A stretch of DNA of 64,000 bases from Giardia intestinalis. Taxonomy: Eukaryota. The position numbers and the translations under genes were made by a program. The notes under the pieces were generated by a model. That model saw nothing but the letters and a program-made list of their open reading frames with translations. It was not told the origin of the DNA and ran no database searches. Location of the stretch: the NCBI GenBank assembly GCA_000002435.2, contig CM018792.1; one strand, given 5' to 3'. Shown piece after piece: positions 61,101 through 64,000 of the stretch (positions are counted from its first letter, which is position 1; the number at the start of each line of letters is the position of its first letter).

Positions 61101-62351
61101 GTAGCTTCTGGTGCACATCTTTCTAATGATACTGTCTCAGACACCTTCACAGATCTGCTTATCAATGTACTCTTTATGGCCTACAACACTGAGTCCATCT
61201 CTCGCTCACTGACTGGTGCACACACCAATGACTTGGCAGCAATGGATGGTACGGCCAATAGTTGCATTTCAACAAGGTCGTTCTTTGCTCATCTTTATCA
61301 GATACAAATAGGGCAATTTGTGTTGGAATTATTTCTCCAACTGTCCCACATAACTGTCCTTTTACCCACCAAACTTCCCAAACAACCACAGGTTTTGGAA
61401 AACATCAATCTGAAGCTAGAGCCATCCATAAAGAAGCAAGGGTCTTCTACGCAGACATCAAGCACGCCTTACACTGCTAACAGGTATCTTTTGTATCTTC
61501 AACTAGCCGATACAGTTGCTTCACTTTGTGTTAGAGTTGCCAACTTATACAGGTGTAAGAGCGTGTGGCCGAAGGCTAGGATTGTGCGCCAAACTACAAC
61601 AACCGTCATTTCTGGTGTCTCCCAGGTGCTGGCTTCGGTTGACAAAGTAGTTATAGATACATATCTATGCTATGAACAACATGGTCTTCATCCGCAGCTG
61701 CAGGAATTGTTATGCTGCAGTCCATCTTCCCTTTGTGAGTCAGAGAATGCTGTTGCGCGAATGAGGTTGTTTTGCAGTACGGAGGTTAGTGAATCTCTGC
61801 TTGCACTAGGTGCGATTGAAGGAGGGGCTATCAGCTATATGAAAGTGTATTGTGATGCTTGGCGGTTGCTTATATGCGCTGCATGGATTGCATCGTCGGT
61901 TGCTAAAGGAGCAGATTATAACCATATTCCTGCGTCGATAGTCTTGTACCACGGTGGGCTAACTGTATGCACATACTGCCTTCTTCGTGGGCTCTTTCTA
62001 GCAAAAGCAAGGAAGAATAAGTTCACATTGCAGACAGCACTGCGTTCATATTCGCAAAGGTGCACCAGCGCCAAGCATCGTCTCTCGTTATCTCCATTCT
62101 ACATTCCCGGCTGGCAGCCAGCCGCTACCGACGCACTGCCTCTCTTTCTGACTGCATCTTCACCTATGCTCCACTCAAGCCTTGCAACTCTGAGATCAGC
62201 AGATATACCATTTGCACTTGTGCACTTTTCTGGAGCAGTACAGCATCCTGGCTCTGACATCATCGGGGCGCTTACTACTACGCTTTTGGCAGAAGAAGAC
62301 TCTGCTGGGGAGCTCACTGTGCACAAGGTCACAGAGCCAGCGTGTAATTGA
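58158..62351 (+). CDS. Large hypothetical Leu-rich protein, 1397 aa (possibly an alpha-helical repeat protein)
   Basis: Long uninterrupted ORF 43 bp downstream of BiP. No motif recognised. Confidence 0.6.
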   Translation: MRMDDERLQWPPCSVFDRTVCDCLHELESTDVYPWQVVWYLLQVFLPDTAARMKPYMSCSSAMMTILQHKIGSEPLQISFESLSILLQCLSGQAFFRALDVHAKGCSAAFRDLFVEARLGLITLLWEQADDQAPFLLYELMIQLLRAHSSLSLIETCTLLFIPRVSVDTALFAQFLVEIGELLSPNLSVIDTKEKLVEVALLRSVFSLTLLLYAAAPPTCLKAIIYSDLFLATYLPYQFISPMHFALSLCNLLLEPTALSLSMRTMISELILESLNSELTSTLSLMPLTSVIEEGSRISTTCCGELLRSALALLCSETSSLDESHDQSTGLLAVSAFPCMPDYTASMTHLSAPFVELSLLMKDFNSRPHTSNTKSDALFAVSIPPPLMGDTTEVLAKHFSALASQSIWHQAILLAACFQIVAGRLHLEPCDDSSSINLPALNIEVLTTFLGRLFAAESDAVPSALINLNSPTFLSSFHSIHHRQLIGDLYYLQISPRLGRINSIKLWNLLLFNNANLFCTRPLVVCDNDILISRGKAAADLLDFMLSGDITGSEKEKSSRWCSKWMDYLLDVTSMTVRTMSLKSLSSEIPVFLIFSFTLSLQYLSHISTISKMQLNNHTSGATNDAITFDTFVKYLSSTWTLYANPSISAILLLDTYSCDFHDDGLVAMSTVSVLQTLYPVLPRADLNFYNKVGASFLGTTKSVIEFYKRGVASPLHVVFMLLYIIVPEAFPPIHILLGYLLAFSLCPTYQTALPLILSTAPGCLGTYLMNQESVLLSMLYELQTRGPSGSRSTISSLKQRLWRALDKYVASIHCMTLYVSLLIYVSTYELSLLKADQSTGTISNGDSSGAEALERNLKSLLLQHLVGISTIQFTSVIASQRILFTMRAYVISMPALFLDISDSFLERLHCSSITMTNLVHCFSTAWAHSPFIKAVIDPSSFFASLVRLDLEQYCETGNSAQTRLWLINFPQTFISSIEAVVASGAHLSNDTVSDTFTDLLINVLFMAYNTESISRSLTGAHTNDLAAMDGTANSCISTRSFFAHLYQIQIGQFVLELFLQLSHITVLLPTKLPKQPQVLENINLKLEPSIKKQGSSTQTSSTPYTANRYLLYLQLADTVASLCVRVANLYRCKSVWPKARIVRQTTTTVISGVSQVLASVDKVVIDTYLCYEQHGLHPQLQELLCCSPSSLCESENAVARMRLFCSTEVSESLLALGAIEGGAISYMKVYCDAWRLLICAAWIASSVAKGADYNHIPASIVLYHGGLTVCTYCLLRGLFLAKARKNKFTLQTALRSYSQRCTSAKHRLSLSPFYIPGWQPAATDALPLFLTASSPMLHSSLATLRSADIPFALVHFSGAVQHPGSDIIGALTTTLLAEEDSAGELTVHKVTEPACN

Positions 62352-62393
62352 CAACGCACACATTTACTGATTGGTAAGCAATAAAGGTTTCTC

Positions 62394-63617
62394 TCACTTG
62401 GAGGGGCGAATGATCTCGACGTTGATGCGAGAACTCAGCATGTCGAAGACGTCTTCAATACTGTCTGAAATATATGGAGGCATGCTGGCGGCCTCCTCCT
62501 TGCACTGCTTCAGTAGGGCACTTGCTTCATGGATATAGATACTCTTCAAGTCCAGTGCATCAAACAGCTTTTGTATGCTCTCCTTCTCTGACGCTCGCTT
62601 ACCATAGATGGTCAGTATGGTCTGCGGCGAGACACCCTTGCCACGGGCCTCCTCTGACGCTGATAGTTCAAGGGCACGCACGAGTGGCCAAGTGGCCTTG
62701 TTCTCCAGGTAGTCAGATGACTCCTTGTGAAGGATCTCTGGGGCGTAGAAATCCAAGAAGTCATCCTGCATCTGATAGAGCCTTCCCAGGTCCATACTTA
62801 TCTTGTGGATCTGTTGCTCTATGTCTGTATCCAGACGCTGCTGTAAGTTGAGTATGGAGTCGACCTTTTGCATGGTGTATCCCTTTTCAGAAGCTGCAGT
62901 AGTCCCAATGGCCATGTTACCAAAGAGAACGCCAGATCTATATCCCATTATCAGTGGCAAATAGAAGGTATAATAGGCTGTCTTTAAAATGTATGTATCG
63001 TTAAGATGACCCATCGTATGCCTTTGAGAATAGGTCTTGGTGAAGGTGTCTAGGTGCTGTCCAAGGGTCGTGTTTGCCTTTGCTTGGTGGTACACCTCAA
63101 AGATCTTAAGGGTCTTCCCACACTTGTCCTCTAGATAAAGAACTAGAGAGTCTGCTATCTGCCAGAGTATCAGGCCGTCGTTCACAGCCTGCTCATCGCC
63201 AACTACCGCGCGCCACGACGGCTTGCCGCGACGAATTGTGCTGTGGTCGATCACGTCGTCAATCATCAGGAAAGCACCCTGGAGAATTTCTTGAACAAGG
63301 CAGATATCGATTGCCAAGTTGAAAAGCTCCTCCGAAAAGTTTGAGTCTTCTAAGAGGCCTGAAAACAAGAACCGTACAGTCTGAAGGAATATGTCCGCCG
63401 CCAGAGTCCCTCGAGTCATCTTCCCTCCTACAACGTTGTACTTAATTACCTCTACAATGTGGTCACGGAGAAGGCCAGTGGAGAAAAGGTTGGGGAGGTA
63501 AACTGGGATGAACGTCTCTAGAAAGCTGTCCACCTTCTCAGTTGCGAAGTCCTTGATGCACTTCTGGCGCTTGTGTGCGTCGAGCTTGACATAATTCGAG
63601 ACGGTGTACGAGGCCAT
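62394..63617 (-). CDS. Trans-isoprenyl diphosphate synthase (farnesyl/geranylgeranyl diphosphate synthase family)
   Basis: First Asp-rich motif FLMIDDVIDHSTIRRGKP (DDxxD followed by RRG). Second Asp-rich motif MQDDFLDFY. 407 aa. Confidence 0.75.
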   Translation of the reverse strand: MASYTVSNYVKLDAHKRQKCIKDFATEKVDSFLETFIPVYLPNLFSTGLLRDHIVEVIKYNVVGGKMTRGTLAADIFLQTVRFLFSGLLEDSNFSEELFNLAIDICLVQEILQGAFLMIDDVIDHSTIRRGKPSWRAVVGDEQAVNDGLILWQIADSLVLYLEDKCGKTLKIFEVYHQAKANTTLGQHLDTFTKTYSQRHTMGHLNDTYILKTAYYTFYLPLIMGYRSGVLFGNMAIGTTAASEKGYTMQKVDSILNLQQRLDTDIEQQIHKISMDLGRLYQMQDDFLDFYAPEILHKESSDYLENKATWPLVRALELSASEEARGKGVSPQTILTIYGKRASEKESIQKLFDALDLKSIYIHEASALLKQCKEEAASMPPYISDSIEDVFDMLSSRINVEIIRPSK

Positions 63618-63773
63618 TAAATTTAAGCATATCTACACCCAAAAAGTATTAGTGTTCCATTCTTTAACGTGTTTAATGAAGACATATACTTAAATTCACT
63701 AAAATATGGCAATGAGCGCCTTTACATTATGCAAAGTCAGTAAATGAATGGCGCGAGTGTTATGCGCAGGCTC

Positions 63774-64000
63774 ATGGTCGTAGCCTCAGTGCGACACGTC
63801 GGCGAGTCTACGCGAATACCGTTAGCCCAGACGACACTTATCCATGCGATAGTCGTTGGCATGCAAGGAGTCATGATCAAAAGTCTCACGTTCGATTGTA
63901 ACTTCACCAAACGTGCCTTACCCTACTTCTCCGTTCTTCCAGGAGAGTACTTAGTTGATCACGTGATTCCATACAATGAAGTTGTCCCTGGATCTGAGAG
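63774..64000 (+). CDS. Possible start of a further gene, open to the window edge (partial)
   Basis: ATG at 63774 followed by 75 sense codons without a stop to position 64000. No motif. The upstream context is not A-rich, so this is weak. Confidence 0.2.
   Translation, partial: MVVASVRHVGESTRIPLAQTTLIHAIVVGMQGVMIKSLTFDCNFTKRALPYFSVLPGEYLVDHVIPYNEVVPGSE

Noticed and set aside
1-64000. CRISPR arrays, tRNA and rRNA genes
   Set aside because: This is a eukaryotic (Giardia-like) locus. No short direct-repeat/spacer arrays and no cloverleaf-like or rRNA-like sequences were recognisable by eye in the very short intergenic regions. tRNAs cannot be fully excluded without a scan.

Overview
The window reads as a compact, intron-poor protist chromosome segment, almost certainly Giardia (diplomonad). 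A complete variant-specific surface protein (VSP) gene carries the hallmark C-terminal CRGKA tail, the PyAATGTT initiator and an AGTAAAC poly(A) signal 8 nt after the stop. An ER Hsp70/BiP ends in KDEL. There is an ankyrin-repeat NEK-like pseudokinase, and intergenic regions are very short with A-rich initiators.

About 23 protein-coding genes are supported, several recognisable by motif: PF20/SPAG16, a GNL3-like circularly permuted GTPase, polyprenyl synthase, an S41-like peptidase, a kexin-like convertase homologue, a Dpy-30 mini-protein and two protein kinases.

The dominant feature is a ~31 kb palindrome. Its two arms are 14,657 bp each (18842..33498 and 35233..49889) and appear 100% identical, flanking a unique 1.7 kb GC-rich, T-poor spacer. 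Each arm carries a 1228/1239-aa hypothetical gene, a kexin-like gene, a 5.7 kb ORF-poor stretch and a VSP gene. The VSP copies are convergent, with their 3' ends facing the spacer.

The outer palindrome junction sits inside the last codons of the large hypothetical gene, so the two copies have different C-termini. At the inner junction, arm identity stops abruptly and is followed by an older, diverged 32-nt inverted repeat, consistent with arm homogenisation by gene conversion.

No rRNA, tRNA, CRISPR or clear mobile element could be supported by eye. All protein-family calls rest on motif recognition from the translations and on remembered family signatures, not on database searches.
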